Source: Bacillota bacterium | Lineage (GTDB): Bacteria > Bacillota > Clostridia > Acetivibrionales > DTU013 | NCBI GenBank assembly: GCA_023435745.1 | Contig: JAEZMD010000003.1 | Location: 29,923 to 93,922, forward strand | Direction: 5' to 3' | Length of the DNA: 64,000 bases | Part shown: piece by piece, positions 1 to 9,725 of the stretch | How the letters are laid out: every line of letters starts with the position of its first letter | How positions within the stretch are numbered: position 1 is the stretch's first letter | Translations under genes and position numbers: made by a program | Notes under the pieces: model-generated | What the model saw: only the letters and a program-made list of their open reading frames with translations | What the model was told of the DNA's origin: nothing | Database searches by the model: none

Positions 1-356
1 ATTTTATCATTTTCTACAAAATTGTATTCCCTCTGTGTCTGCCTGCAATAGCAACACTATCGCTGTTTATTGCGGTCGGGCATTGGAACTCCTGGCTCGA
101 CACGTACCTGTATAACGGATCAAACAAGAACCTCACCACATTGCAGTTTGAATTACAGAAGATATTGCTGAGTTCTCAGTCTTCGGGCAGACAGGATATT
201 TACGGTTCTTCGGATATGGTTGCACAGAAACGTGTCTCGCCTGAGTCGATCAGAATGGCAATGACCATTGTTGCGACGGTACCCATCCTTTTAGTATATC
301 CCTTCGTTCAGAAGTATTTCATGAAGGGCCTGACGCTTGGCGCCGTTAAATCTTGA
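1..356 (+). CDS. ABC sugar-transporter permease (LplC/YtcP-like), 3' fragment; 5' end lies outside the window
   Basis: Frame 3 is open from the window edge (FIIFYKIVFPLCLPAIATLSLFIAVGHWNSW...VPILLVYPFVQKYFMKGLTLGAVKS*). It is hydrophobic. Its C-terminal end resembles the permease at 58849..59748 (..LPILAVYPYIQKYFVKGVLVGSVKG*). A solute-binding protein gene follows. Confidence 0.8.
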   Translation, partial: FIIFYKIVFPLCLPAIATLSLFIAVGHWNSWLDTYLYNGSNKNLTTLQFELQKILLSSQSSGRQDIYGSSDMVAQKRVSPESIRMAMTIVATVPILLVYPFVQKYFMKGLTLGAVKS

Positions 357-404
357 TTTTCAGCGGGATATCCCGTTGATTATAGAAAAAGAGGAGGTAT
401 TTTT

Positions 405-2126
405 ATGAAAAGAGTTCTTTACCTGGTTATGGCTGTTGTTATGCTTCTGTCTCTTGCAGTAGGCTGCGGCAAAGCAGCCGAACCAAAGGATGCCGTGACA
501 CCACCGGCTGATGCTGATACTGCAGCTGAAGGCGAAACTGGAGAAGTTGAGGAAGTATTGGAACCAATTACATTTACTATGTACAGTGTTGAAACCGATG
601 CGTATCCCGACACCGATTTTAGTAGCCCCGTAGCGAAAGAAATTCTCAGACAGACGGGAGTTACTCTGAAGATTGAAAATGCAATAAGTTCTGACGCAGG
701 CAAGCAGAAGCTTTCGCTTATGGCTGCCGCCGGTGACTATCCTGATTTAGTTTACGGAAAAGGAGATCTGAACATCCTTAAAAACGTCAACGCGATTCTC
801 AAGCTGGATGATCTGATAGAACAGTATGGACAGAATCTCAAGGCTTTCTATGGCGAGACCGACATAAAAAGACTCCGCTGGAGCCTTGAAGACCAGGGTA
901 TTTATGGTATTGGCGGCAAAGAAGTAGGTCTGGAAAACATGCAGCCAAATTCAGGCTTCCAGCTTCAACTGGGCGCTGTGAAGGAACTGGGCTTTCCAAA
1001 GATCAAAACTATACAGGATTACGAAAATGCAATCAAAGCTTATTATGAAGCGCATCCGACGACAGCTGACGGTCAAAAGATGATTCCACTGTCATTGCTT
1101 GCTGATGACTGGAGATTCATGATCAGCGTTTCTAATCCCGCAAACGCTGCGACAGGAAACAGTGATGACGGTGAATGGTATGTCAACCCTGAGACGCTTG
1201 AGTGTGTCAAGCATCTGACCAGAGAGGAAGACAAGGAATACTTCAGATGGCTCAACCACATGAACGCTATAGGCCTTCTGGATGATGAAAGCTTTGTTCA
1301 GAAGTATGACCAGTATAAGGCCAAGATCGCTTCGGGCAGAGTGCTTGCTCTTATTGATGCACGATGGGAAATTGACGAACCTGTAACAGCACTCAAGAAG
1401 GATGGGAAACTTGACGCAACATACGGTTACTTCCCTGTAACGCTCAATGAATCAATTAAATATGCCGACTTCCAGAGCTCTGGCTATCTGGGCGGCTGGG
1501 GACTTGCTATTACGACGAACTGCGCGGATCCTGTAAGAGCAATGAAATTCTTTGACTGGATGTGCAAAGAAGAGTCGCAGATACTGACTCACTGGGGTAT
1601 TGAAGGCGAACACTATACTATTGAGAACGGCAAGAGAGTTTTGAAGCCGGAAGTTCTTGCTATGAGAGATGCAGACCCGGCTTGGCAGCAGAAGACTGGA
1701 ATTAAGAAGTACATGTACCCGTTCCCAACTTACGGCATTCCTGTGAAGGATTCTACAGGTCAATATTTTGAAGCATTTGATACGCTCGAATCGATCATTG
1801 CATTACAGTCCCCCGTCGAGAATGAAGTGCTGGCAGCCTATGGTGTCAGAGCGTGGAAAGAATTGTATCCACAGTCCAGTGACTTCCCGGTCAAATCCTA
1901 TGGCGCGGCATGGCTGGTCAACATCGAAGATGCTGAATGGAAAGCGGCTGACGACAAGATCCTGAAGCTCGGCTACAAGATGATCCCGCAAGCCATATTG
2001 GCGGATCCGTCCCAGTTCGACGCGAAGTGGGAGGAGTACCAGAAAGCATTGAAGGATGCGGGCATTGATGAAGTCAGCGCCACATTCACAAAAGCTCTGC
2101 AGGACAGATCAGTTCTGTGGCAGTAA
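405..2126 (+). CDS. extracellular solute-binding lipoprotein (large LplA-type, ABC sugar uptake)
   Basis: 573 aa with a GAGGAGG RBS at 391..397. Lipoprotein signal MKRVLYLVMAVVMLLSLAVGC. Size and sequence style match large family-1 sugar-binding proteins, with the same architecture as 59869..61476. Confidence 0.85.
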   Translation: MKRVLYLVMAVVMLLSLAVGCGKAAEPKDAVTPPADADTAAEGETGEVEEVLEPITFTMYSVETDAYPDTDFSSPVAKEILRQTGVTLKIENAISSDAGKQKLSLMAAAGDYPDLVYGKGDLNILKNVNAILKLDDLIEQYGQNLKAFYGETDIKRLRWSLEDQGIYGIGGKEVGLENMQPNSGFQLQLGAVKELGFPKIKTIQDYENAIKAYYEAHPTTADGQKMIPLSLLADDWRFMISVSNPANAATGNSDDGEWYVNPETLECVKHLTREEDKEYFRWLNHMNAIGLLDDESFVQKYDQYKAKIASGRVLALIDARWEIDEPVTALKKDGKLDATYGYFPVTLNESIKYADFQSSGYLGGWGLAITTNCADPVRAMKFFDWMCKEESQILTHWGIEGEHYTIENGKRVLKPEVLAMRDADPAWQQKTGIKKYMYPFPTYGIPVKDSTGQYFEAFDTLESIIALQSPVENEVLAAYGVRAWKELYPQSSDFPVKSYGAAWLVNIEDAEWKAADDKILKLGYKMIPQAILADPSQFDAKWEEYQKALKDAGIDEVSATFTKALQDRSVLWQ

Positions 2127-2181
2127 TTTTAGATAAGAACTGGCGGATATGAAGTACATTATTTGAATAAATGAATCAGGG

Positions 2182-2220
2182 GCAGGCTGTCGGACTGAAA
2201 TACCGACAGCCTGCTTTTGT
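2182..2220 (+). terminator. intrinsic terminator after the binding-protein gene
   Basis: GCAGGCTGTCGG (2182..2193) pairs perfectly with CCGACAGCCTGC (2203..2214). The loop is 9 nt and TTTTGTTTG follows. Confidence 0.85.
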
Positions 2221-2257
2221 TTGCATCCATAATGTATCATGAATTTTTGTATTTTCA

Positions 2258-2266
2258 TGATATAAT
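2258..2266 (+). promoter_or_regulatory. extended -10 element (TGATATAAT) upstream of sbcD
   Basis: TGn plus a perfect TATAAT about 37 nt upstream of the preferred sbcD start. There is no convincing -35, so support is the extended -10 only. Confidence 0.35.
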
Positions 2267-2302
2267 ATCCTCATATAAATTTATTTGCGGGGGGACGGTA
2301 AA

Positions 2303-3805
2303 TTGCGAATATTGCATACATCCGACTGGCATCTTGGAAGGAGCCTTGAACAAATCAGCCGTCTCGATGAGCAGCGTGAGTTCGTTGACGGCCTTTGCCG
2401 GCTGGTTGATGAGCAAAATATCGATATGGTGCTCATTGCCGGTGATATCTACGATACATATAACCCCTCTGCAGCAGCGGAGGAGCTTTTCTACGACGCA
2501 ATCGACAGGTTGAATAATGGAGGGAAGCGGGCGGTAGTAGTCATTGCCGGCAATCATGACAACCCTGAAAGACTCTGTGCCGCAAGCCCCCTGGCATCGA
2601 AACGCGGTATATTTCTTCTCGGGTATCCGGGAAGTGATGCAGGCGGCAGGGGAAATGAGGATGAGCCGGACATGCCGGATAAGCCGGATAAGCCGGACAA
2701 ACCGGAAGGTACTGACAAATCGGACGGTACGGACAAGCCATACAATTCTGACAAGCTGGATATCGTCGGTATTGCGGATTGCGGGCCGGGCTGGATGGAG
2801 CTTTGCATACCCGGCTGCGGTCATTCTGCATTGATCATCACGATGCCTTATCCGTCAGAATCCAGGTTGGAAGAGCTTTTAGCAGTCGAGGCGGATGAAG
2901 CGGTATTGCAAAACGCTTATTCAGATAAGATTGGAAGCATTTTTTCTGCGTTGTCAGAAAAATTTCGTGATGATACGGTTAATCTGATCGTTGCGCACCT
3001 TTTTTTGATGGGAGGCACGTCTTCTGATTCCGAGAGAACGCTGCAGGTGGGCGGAGCCATGACTGTGAGCCCCGGTGTGATTCCTCAGAAAGCGCACTAT
3101 GCCGCGTTGGGACATCTGCACCGTCCGCAGGAAATGAAAAGTGCGGCCTGTCCCACTTACTACTCAGGCTCTCCTCTGGCATACAGCTTTTCTGAATCGG
3201 ACTACAGCAAGGCAGTCATGATCGTAGATGCAGTCCCGGGAGAAAATGCTGTTGTGACACCGGTATACCTCGACTGCGGGAAGCCGCTAAAGAGATGGTT
3301 TGCCGATGAAGGCATCGGACAGGCTATACAATGGTGTGAAGAGGGAAAGGATGCCAATACCTGGATCGACCTTGAAATTGCTACAGACAGGCCATTTACA
3401 ACTGAAGAGCAAAAAACGTTGAGACATTTGCATGGCGGTATTATTAATATCAGACCGAGAATAAAAAACGACGCTGTTGAGATATTCGATCCAAGGAGCC
3501 GGGAAGGTCGGAGGATTGATGAGCTTTTCGGCGATTATTATCAATATAGGATGGGAACAGAGATTCCTGATGAATTAATGAACGTTTTTCTGGAGATTGT
3601 AAATGATGACATTGATGCCAGTGACAGCTTTCGCAGTGACAGTGTCGGATGTAGTGAAGAAAGCGATGCCGGTAATGGCGATAGCAGCGTTAACGGCAGC
3701 AACGATATCAAGGATAACGGCAGCATAGACGGCAACAGAGACGGCAGTGAGCATAGTGTAAGTGTTGCGGGGGAGGTGAATCCGGGTGAAACCGAAGCTT
3801 CTTGA
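2303..3805 (+). CDS. sbcD: SbcD/Mre11-family nuclease subunit
   Basis: Phosphoesterase motifs appear in order: LHTSDWHLG, IAGDIYD, IAGNHDNP, VAHLFLMGG, ALGHLHRPQ. The ORF-track start 2285 is TTG. I prefer TTG 2303 (LRILHTSDWHLG), just after the G-rich RBS GGGGGGACGG. The gene is followed by and overlaps sbcC. Confidence 0.9.
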   Translation: MRILHTSDWHLGRSLEQISRLDEQREFVDGLCRLVDEQNIDMVLIAGDIYDTYNPSAAAEELFYDAIDRLNNGGKRAVVVIAGNHDNPERLCAASPLASKRGIFLLGYPGSDAGGRGNEDEPDMPDKPDKPDKPEGTDKSDGTDKPYNSDKLDIVGIADCGPGWMELCIPGCGHSALIITMPYPSESRLEELLAVEADEAVLQNAYSDKIGSIFSALSEKFRDDTVNLIVAHLFLMGGTSSDSERTLQVGGAMTVSPGVIPQKAHYAALGHLHRPQEMKSAACPTYYSGSPLAYSFSESDYSKAVMIVDAVPGENAVVTPVYLDCGKPLKRWFADEGIGQAIQWCEEGKDANTWIDLEIATDRPFTTEEQKTLRHLHGGIINIRPRIKNDAVEIFDPRSREGRRIDELFGDYYQYRMGTEIPDELMNVFLEIVNDDIDASDSFRSDSVGCSEESDAGNGDSSVNGSNDIKDNGSIDGNRDGSEHSVSVAGEVNPGETEAS

Positions 3806-6800
3806 AATTGAAGGGCTGCAGAGCTTTACAGATGCTCAGAGGATTGATTTTGAAGAACTGAGTGAATCAGGCCTGTTCGGTATATTCGGTCCGACAGGAA
3901 GCGGAAAATCCACGATACTCGATGCGATCACCTTCGCTTTGTATGGGCGGGTGAAACGTGCGGAAGGCGGTACCCAGGGGATCATCAATTCCAGCCGAAA
4001 CACAGCCAGGGTTTCCTTTACCTTTGAACTGCTAAGAGACGGACGCCGGAGAACATACAGGGCTGAGAGGGTCTATCAGCGGAAGAAGAATTCGCCTAAT
4101 GCCTGTGAGCCAAAGATAACAAGGCTTATAGAGGTTACCGGCGCTGGAGACATTCCTCTGTGTGACAAGGCCATGGAGATGAGCAATTATATCAAGGATC
4201 TCCTGGGACTTGGTAACGATGATTTTACTCGTGCGGTCGTGCTGCCTCAGAACAGCTTTCAGGAGTTTTTACTGCTCAACAACTCGGATCGGCGGGGCAT
4301 GCTGGAGAGAATATTTTACCTTGAAGAGTACGGAAAGCAGCTGACGGAAAAGCTTGGGCGCAAAATGGCCGGGCTGAAAAGCAGACTGGATATAATAACA
4401 GGAGAATTGAGAGGTTATGCGGACGCCTCGGATGAGGCCCTTCATGAAGCTGAAAAAGCGGCGGAAACAGCTGCCGCAGAGAAGGATAATGTTTTAAAGG
4501 CGCTAAAGAAGCTGGAAGCAAAGTATAAAGAGGCAAAAGAGGTCTGGGGTATAACAGAGGAATTGGCCGAATTTGAGCGGAAAGAGGCGGAGCATACAGC
4601 CTTTAAGGCTCAGTTTGATCAAAAGAGGCTCCGGCTTGAAAAGGCAATAAAGGCTGATGGCCTCAGTGAAATGATCCACAAAAACAGGGAGCTTCATGAA
4701 AATATCGAACAGACGAGGGATAGGCTGGAAGAAGTTCTGGCTGTAATTCCGGGAGTATTTACCTCATTGAATGAAACAAAAGAGGGATATGAACGAATAA
4801 AAAAGGAAGCAGCCGCGGAACAGCCGGAGCTTCTCGGCCGCAGGGCAAGGCTGGCGGATGCATTGGAAATAAAGGAAGAGATCGAAGGCATTTCGGCCGG
4901 AATCATCAAGCTTGATTCGGAAAGAGCCGGACTGAATGAGGATATTGCTCAGAAAGAAAAGCAGATAATGGATGAAGCAGAGCGGTTTACCCTGCTCGTT
5001 AAGGATATTGACAGGCTCTCACAGGAAATAGAGCGGCTAAAAACCGATCCGGAATACAGACAGCAGCTCCAGGAGGGTGTAAAGCTGGAAAGCGAAGCTG
5101 CCATGATGAAGGACAGCGTAAAAGAACTTGAGAGCAGACTCAGCGGGATGATAGGTTCTGCGGAAGGTATTGAGCAAAGACTGGATAGAATAAAGAAAGA
5201 AACTGAAGAATGTATTAAAGCCATGGATACACTGACTGTTGAAAAGCAATTGCATGAAGCGGCTAAACCCGGTGATAAGAATGCGGTGCTCAAAGCTGTG
5301 GAGCGTATACATTCAGTAGAAGGAACGGTTCAGGTACTCAAGCTGAGATATAGTGAATTGACACAGCAAAAAGTCAAGCTTGAACAGCGGCGGGTCGATT
5401 TGATACAGCTGGAGCAGACAGCCGACAAACTGAACGCAGCCATGGCCGTTGCTGCTGAAAAGTTCAGGCAGTGCAGACTTGATTATGATAATGCTGAAAA
5501 GGAACGCAACAGAAATACGGCCGCAGTACTTGCGGAAGGCTTGACAGAGGGGCAAGCCTGCCCTGTCTGTGGTTCTACACAGCATCCTGTGCCTGCTGCT
5601 CATGTGGAGGGGTTTGAATTATCTATACTCGAAAAGGCGATAGAAGAAACCGGAAAAATGCTGGCGGATGCTGAAGCGGATTTTAAAGCGGCGGAGCGGG
5701 AAGCTCTTGTTAGCGAAGAACAGGTCAGGACTTCCAGGAAGCAGATTGAACTGGCAAAGCAGGAAGTGGAGCAGAAGACTGTCGAATATGAAGAGGCGAG
5801 ACAGAAGCTGCCCGAAAAGCTGCGGGGGCTTGAACCGGATCAGGTATGCCAGGAAGTGGAGAAGGCGAAATCGTCCTATAAACAGAAGCTGGAGGACATC
5901 GAGGCATGGGAACTGAAGCAAGAGGAATATAAGAAAAATCTGAGCAAACACAATGAGACGCTGTCTGAAAAGCGTTTGATTGAAAATGGATTTGTCACAG
6001 AACTAAAGGTGAGTCTTGAAGGACTTGGACAGATCCGGGAATCAACCGTGAAGGCTAATAAAACGCTGGATGAGGCGCAATTGAAGTATTCGGCATTTCT
6101 GGCACAGCATCATATTGATGATGTTGGCACAGAGCTAAAAAGGATTGTGCAGAATGACCGAACACAGCAGACATTGCTGAAGGAATTGGAGAAAACCCGT
6201 GAAGCTTCCGATATTTGCAGAGGCCGGACGGATAAGCTGAACAGTGAGCTGCGGCAGCTAAATAATGACCATGTCAGGCTTGATGTACAGCTGAATGAGT
6301 TGAAAAAACAGAAGCAGGCAGGAGAAATCAAGCTGAAGGAACTGACAGGTGAGGCAGATATTCAGGACGAGATCAGACGCATTGATGAGAAGCTTCAGGC
6401 GTATGCCGGGCAGGAGGAGGAGCTTGCCAATACAATCGCGTTGCTTGACAGGCGGTATAATGAATTGTCAGGGCGGAAGTCAATGCTGGAAAATCAGCTG
6501 AATATATATACAACGAGTTTGGAAAAGGAAGAGAACAGACTTGGCGCAATACTTGCTGAAAAAGGATTCGCAGATGCCGGAGATGTTGAGAATTCAATTC
6601 TATCGAAAGAAGCTCAGAGGGGATTGAAGGAGAGTCTGGAGGAATATGACCGGGTACTGGTAAACCTTCAGGCGCAGACAGCGTTACTGAGAAAGAGGCT
6701 GAATACCCGCAGCATTACAGAAGATGAGTGGGAAAGGACCAACAGGGAGTATACGGAACTTGAAGCATACAAGCTGGATTGTATATCAAACGCCGAGGTG

Positions 6801-7409
6801 GCCAAAAACACGCTTAACAGCCTTAAGAAGAAGCATGAGATATGGCTTGAGCTGGGTAGAACGTTCAATGAAATGAGTCACAGGATGGGCCTGCTTGAGC
6901 AGATTCAGAGAATTTTGAAGGCCGAGCACCGGAAGGACAACAGTTTTATCGACTACATTGCAGAGGAGCGGCTGAGATATGTTGCGGCTAGAGCCTCTGA
7001 AACGCTTGGTTTGATGACGAACCACAGGTATGGACTGGAACTGGATACGCAGTCGGGTTTCATAATAAGAGATCAGTCAAGCGGAGGAGCGCACAGGATG
7101 GTTACATCCCTCTCAGGCGGGGAGATATTTTTAACGTCTTTGTCGCTTGCACTGGCGCTCTCGGAGCAGATCCAGCTGAAGGGACAGAGCCCGCTGGAAT
7201 TCTTTTTTCTTGATGAAGGGTTTGGAACACTGGATCAGGATCTTCTGGACACAGTAATCGATTCGTTGGAGCGGCTGAGCAGCAGGGATCGAGTGATCGG
7301 TCTGATTAGCCATGTTCCTGAACTGAAAAGCAGAATCATCCGCAGGTTGATTGTAAACCCGCCAACATTGCAGGGCGATGGCAGCAGGATCAGAATCGAA
7401 AAGGCGTAA
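3786..7409 (+). CDS. sbcC: SbcC/Rad50-family ATPase subunit
   Basis: 1207 aa. Walker A GPTGSGKST, a very long coiled coil, a central zinc-hook CPVC (5559..5570), signature LSGGE and Walker B FFFLDEGFGTLD near the C-terminus. GTG start sits behind GGGGGAGGTG and overlaps sbcD by 20 nt. Confidence 0.9.
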   Translation: MKPKLLEIEGLQSFTDAQRIDFEELSESGLFGIFGPTGSGKSTILDAITFALYGRVKRAEGGTQGIINSSRNTARVSFTFELLRDGRRRTYRAERVYQRKKNSPNACEPKITRLIEVTGAGDIPLCDKAMEMSNYIKDLLGLGNDDFTRAVVLPQNSFQEFLLLNNSDRRGMLERIFYLEEYGKQLTEKLGRKMAGLKSRLDIITGELRGYADASDEALHEAEKAAETAAAEKDNVLKALKKLEAKYKEAKEVWGITEELAEFERKEAEHTAFKAQFDQKRLRLEKAIKADGLSEMIHKNRELHENIEQTRDRLEEVLAVIPGVFTSLNETKEGYERIKKEAAAEQPELLGRRARLADALEIKEEIEGISAGIIKLDSERAGLNEDIAQKEKQIMDEAERFTLLVKDIDRLSQEIERLKTDPEYRQQLQEGVKLESEAAMMKDSVKELESRLSGMIGSAEGIEQRLDRIKKETEECIKAMDTLTVEKQLHEAAKPGDKNAVLKAVERIHSVEGTVQVLKLRYSELTQQKVKLEQRRVDLIQLEQTADKLNAAMAVAAEKFRQCRLDYDNAEKERNRNTAAVLAEGLTEGQACPVCGSTQHPVPAAHVEGFELSILEKAIEETGKMLADAEADFKAAEREALVSEEQVRTSRKQIELAKQEVEQKTVEYEEARQKLPEKLRGLEPDQVCQEVEKAKSSYKQKLEDIEAWELKQEEYKKNLSKHNETLSEKRLIENGFVTELKVSLEGLGQIRESTVKANKTLDEAQLKYSAFLAQHHIDDVGTELKRIVQNDRTQQTLLKELEKTREASDICRGRTDKLNSELRQLNNDHVRLDVQLNELKKQKQAGEIKLKELTGEADIQDEIRRIDEKLQAYAGQEEELANTIALLDRRYNELSGRKSMLENQLNIYTTSLEKEENRLGAILAEKGFADAGDVENSILSKEAQRGLKESLEEYDRVLVNLQAQTALLRKRLNTRSITEDEWERTNREYTELEAYKLDCISNAEVAKNTLNSLKKKHEIWLELGRTFNEMSHRMGLLEQIQRILKAEHRKDNSFIDYIAEERLRYVAARASETLGLMTNHRYGLELDTQSGFIIRDQSSGGAHRMVTSLSGGEIFLTSLSLALALSEQIQLKGQSPLEFFFLDEGFGTLDQDLLDTVIDSLERLSSRDRVIGLISHVPELKSRIIRRLIVNPPTLQGDGSRIRIEKA

Positions 7410-7575
7410 AATTGGATAGTGGCCTGAAATATATATTATTACAGGCTTTCATGGTATAAAGTTTGCAATTATAACCATATTATTATATAATTACAATTGT
7501 CAGCTAATGCTTAACGTCATTACAGGTTATTTTCATTTTTTTTATAATCCATTATTGCATTAAGGGAGTGATGAA

Positions 7576-7932
7576 ATGGCGGTTAAAAAAGAAAAAGATG
7601 CAGTTAATACTGAAGTGCGGGAAAAAAAGCCCGTAAAAAAGGTTCAGACAGATAATGATGTAAAGCGTAAGGCCGCGAAGCTGGTAGTCGCACATCTGAA
7701 AAAGAAGCTGCCTGAAGGTGATTTTATAGGTAAAGATCACATCACAAACTGGATCGGTGAAATGGAGGAGCTGCTGCTCAAGGAGGAGTTTGTGCTGATC
7801 GAGTATATACAGATGAGACGTAGCCTTAACGATGTTATTGAACGCACAGTTGATGAAGAATTAAGATTCAAGATGCGGGACTCATGGTATAGTCTGGGTA
7901 AGGCCCTCGACAAGAAGGTCAAACAAAGATAA
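7576..7932 (+). CDS. hypothetical small protein (118 aa, Lys-rich N-terminus)
   Basis: AAGGGAG RBS at 7562..7568, 7 nt before the ATG. TATAAT at 7543..7548 upstream and a clean terminator directly downstream. I recognise no family. Confidence 0.6.
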   Translation: MAVKKEKDAVNTEVREKKPVKKVQTDNDVKRKAAKLVVAHLKKKLPEGDFIGKDHITNWIGEMEELLLKEEFVLIEYIQMRRSLNDVIERTVDEELRFKMRDSWYSLGKALDKKVKQR

Positions 7933-7944
7933 ACCAGATGCATG

Positions 7945-7969
7945 AGCCCGGTGAATCCGGGTTTTTTTA
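7945..7969 (+). terminator. intrinsic terminator of the 118-aa gene
   Basis: AGCCCGG / CCGGGTT stem with loop TGAAT, followed by a run of seven T (7962..7968). Confidence 0.8.
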
Positions 7970-8234
7970 TTTGCGGTAACTACCGCGACACTAGTTTAAA
8001 GACATGACCACCCGTTTTACGGGTGGTTTGCTTTGCAGTCATTCCGCCATAGCGGAATCTGACTAAAATCGAGTGAGGCTCTATGCCCCCGAGATTTTTA
8101 TTTAAAAAGAAAAAAATCAACGATACGACCGAAACAGACCCCACTACTCGTTTTTACAGTTTTAGGACTATATTAGCTGAGAATAGGTCTCATTTTATGG
8201 ATATTTGGCTATAATATAGGCTTTTTTATGATTT

Positions 8235-9611
8235 TTACATTATACCCATATGCTTGCGGCCGTTTTCAATGGAGGCTTTTACACTTTCTAATGCGGGGCC
8301 TCCCGGGAGGTTTCTGCCGGAGACACATTTTTCAAGGCTGATCTCCGTATATATATCTTCTTCGATTTTATCCGAGAATCCCTTAAATTCCTGCATGGAC
8401 AGCTCTTCTATAGCCTTGCCGCTGTTGATGCAGTACAACACCATCTTTCCGATGATTTCATGGGCGCTGCGGAAGGGGATGCCCTTTTTAACCAGGTAAT
8501 CTGCAACGTCGGTGGCATTGGTGAAGCCTCCCTGAGCTGCTTTATACATATTTTCCTTTTTGATTTTCATAGTCGCAAGCATCTTTGTGAATACCGGCAG
8601 GCACATTTTAGCCGTATCAACAGCGTCAAAGATGGCTTCCTTGTCCTCCTGCATGTCCTTGTTATAAGCTAGCGGGAGCGCCTTCATCACTGTCAGCAGT
8701 GTCATCAGGGAACCATAGGCTCTGCCGGTTTTTCCCCTAACCAGCTCGGCAACATCGGGATTTTTTTTCTGAGGCATAATGCTGCTGCCTGTGCTGAAGG
8801 CGTCATCCATTTCGACAAAGGAAAACTCACCCGAGGACCAGAGCACCAGCTCTTCGCTGAACCGGCTAAGGTGCATCATTATCATTGAGATGCAGGAGGC
8901 CAGCTCGATAGCAAAGTCTCTGTCACTCACTCCATCCAGACTGTTCTCAGTAATGGCTGAAAACCCAAGCTTCTCTGCGACGAATTGTCTGTCCAACGGA
9001 TAGGTTGTGCCTGCAAGAGCGCCGGAACCAAGCGGCATGACATCCATGCGTTTATAGCAGTCTTCAAGCCTTCCGATGTCCCGCTTGAACATCTGGAAAT
9101 ATGCCATCATGTGATGAGCGAGGGTAACGGGCTGTGCTCTCTGCAAATGGGTGTAGCCCGGCAGGATGGTGTTCAGGTGCTTTTCGGATATGTCAAGCAG
9201 AGTGTTTAAAAGGTCGGCAAGCATGGCCTTTATCGTGACGGTCTCAGCTTTTAAGTACATGCGGATGTCAAGCGCTACCTGATCGTTGCGGCTCCTGCCG
9301 GTGTGAAGCCTTTTGCCGGGTTCGCCTATTCGGGATATCAATATTTTTTCAATATTCATATGAATATCTTCCGCATCAATCTCGAAATGCACCTTGCCGT
9401 TTTCAATATCAGCCAATATTTCGTTGAGTGCTGTAGAAATCAAGTCCGCATCTTGAGCAGGAATGATTCCGCATTTGCCCAGCATCTGAGCATGGGCGAT
9501 ACTGCCTTCAATATCCTGTTTATAGAGTCTTGCATCAAACCGGATTGAAGAGTTGAAATCGTCTGTGGCTTTATCCGTACCTGTGGTAAACCTTCCACCC
9601 CAAAGTTTCAC
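8235..9611 (-). CDS. argH: argininosuccinate lyase
   Basis: [26 protein letters not shown]... is a typical ArgH N-terminus, and the fumarate-lyase signature [12 protein letters not shown] is present. I trimmed the ORF-track start (9689) to GTG 9611, which follows AAGAGG. The gene lies downstream of argG. Confidence 0.93.
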   Translation of the reverse strand: MKLWGGRFTTGTDKATDDFNSSIRFDARLYKQDIEGSIAHAQMLGKCGIIPAQDADLISTALNEILADIENGKVHFEIDAEDIHMNIEKILISRIGEPGKRLHTGRSRNDQVALDIRMYLKAETVTIKAMLADLLNTLLDISEKHLNTILPGYTHLQRAQPVTLAHHMMAYFQMFKRDIGRLEDCYKRMDVMPLGSGALAGTTYPLDRQFVAEKLGFSAITENSLDGVSDRDFAIELASCISMIMMHLSRFSEELVLWSSGEFSFVEMDDAFSTGSSIMPQKKNPDVAELVRGKTGRAYGSLMTLLTVMKALPLAYNKDMQEDKEAIFDAVDTAKMCLPVFTKMLATMKIKKENMYKAAQGGFTNATDVADYLVKKGIPFRSAHEIIGKMVLYCINSGKAIEELSMQEFKGFSDKIEEDIYTEISLEKCVSGRNLPGGPALESVKASIENGRKHMGIM

Positions 9612-9725
9612 AATACACACCTCTTTTTTAATACAAGAGAACAGCCCCTCTGTCTGTCCCCGTATAAGCTCACGTGCGACCACTTTCAAGAACCGTTCCC
9701 AGTGTTAGTCCCCTGTATTATATTC

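Noticed and set aside
364-375. Perfect 12-nt palindrome CGGGATATCCCG between the permease fragment and the binding-protein gene
   Set aside because: It is too short to distinguish from chance. The loop would be only 2 nt if folded. I found no second copy in the equivalent gap at 59749..59868.
2255-2834. Stack of overlapping ORFs (189, 96, 96 and 84 aa) on both strands inside sbcD
   Set aside because: All of them cross the 9-nt tandem-repeat tract, which removes stops in several frames. Their products are low-complexity repeats (Pro/Ala/Cys/Ser/Gly/Leu-rich). The sbcD frame alone carries conserved motifs.
2303-7409. SbcD/SbcC pair considered as an SMC-type anti-phage system (Lamassu/Wadjet-like)
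   Set aside because: The pair shows the full Mre11-type phosphoesterase motif set and a Rad50-type zinc hook CPVC, in the canonical overlapping sbcD-sbcC arrangement. There are no extra effector or kleisin-like genes. It reads as the housekeeping SbcCD.
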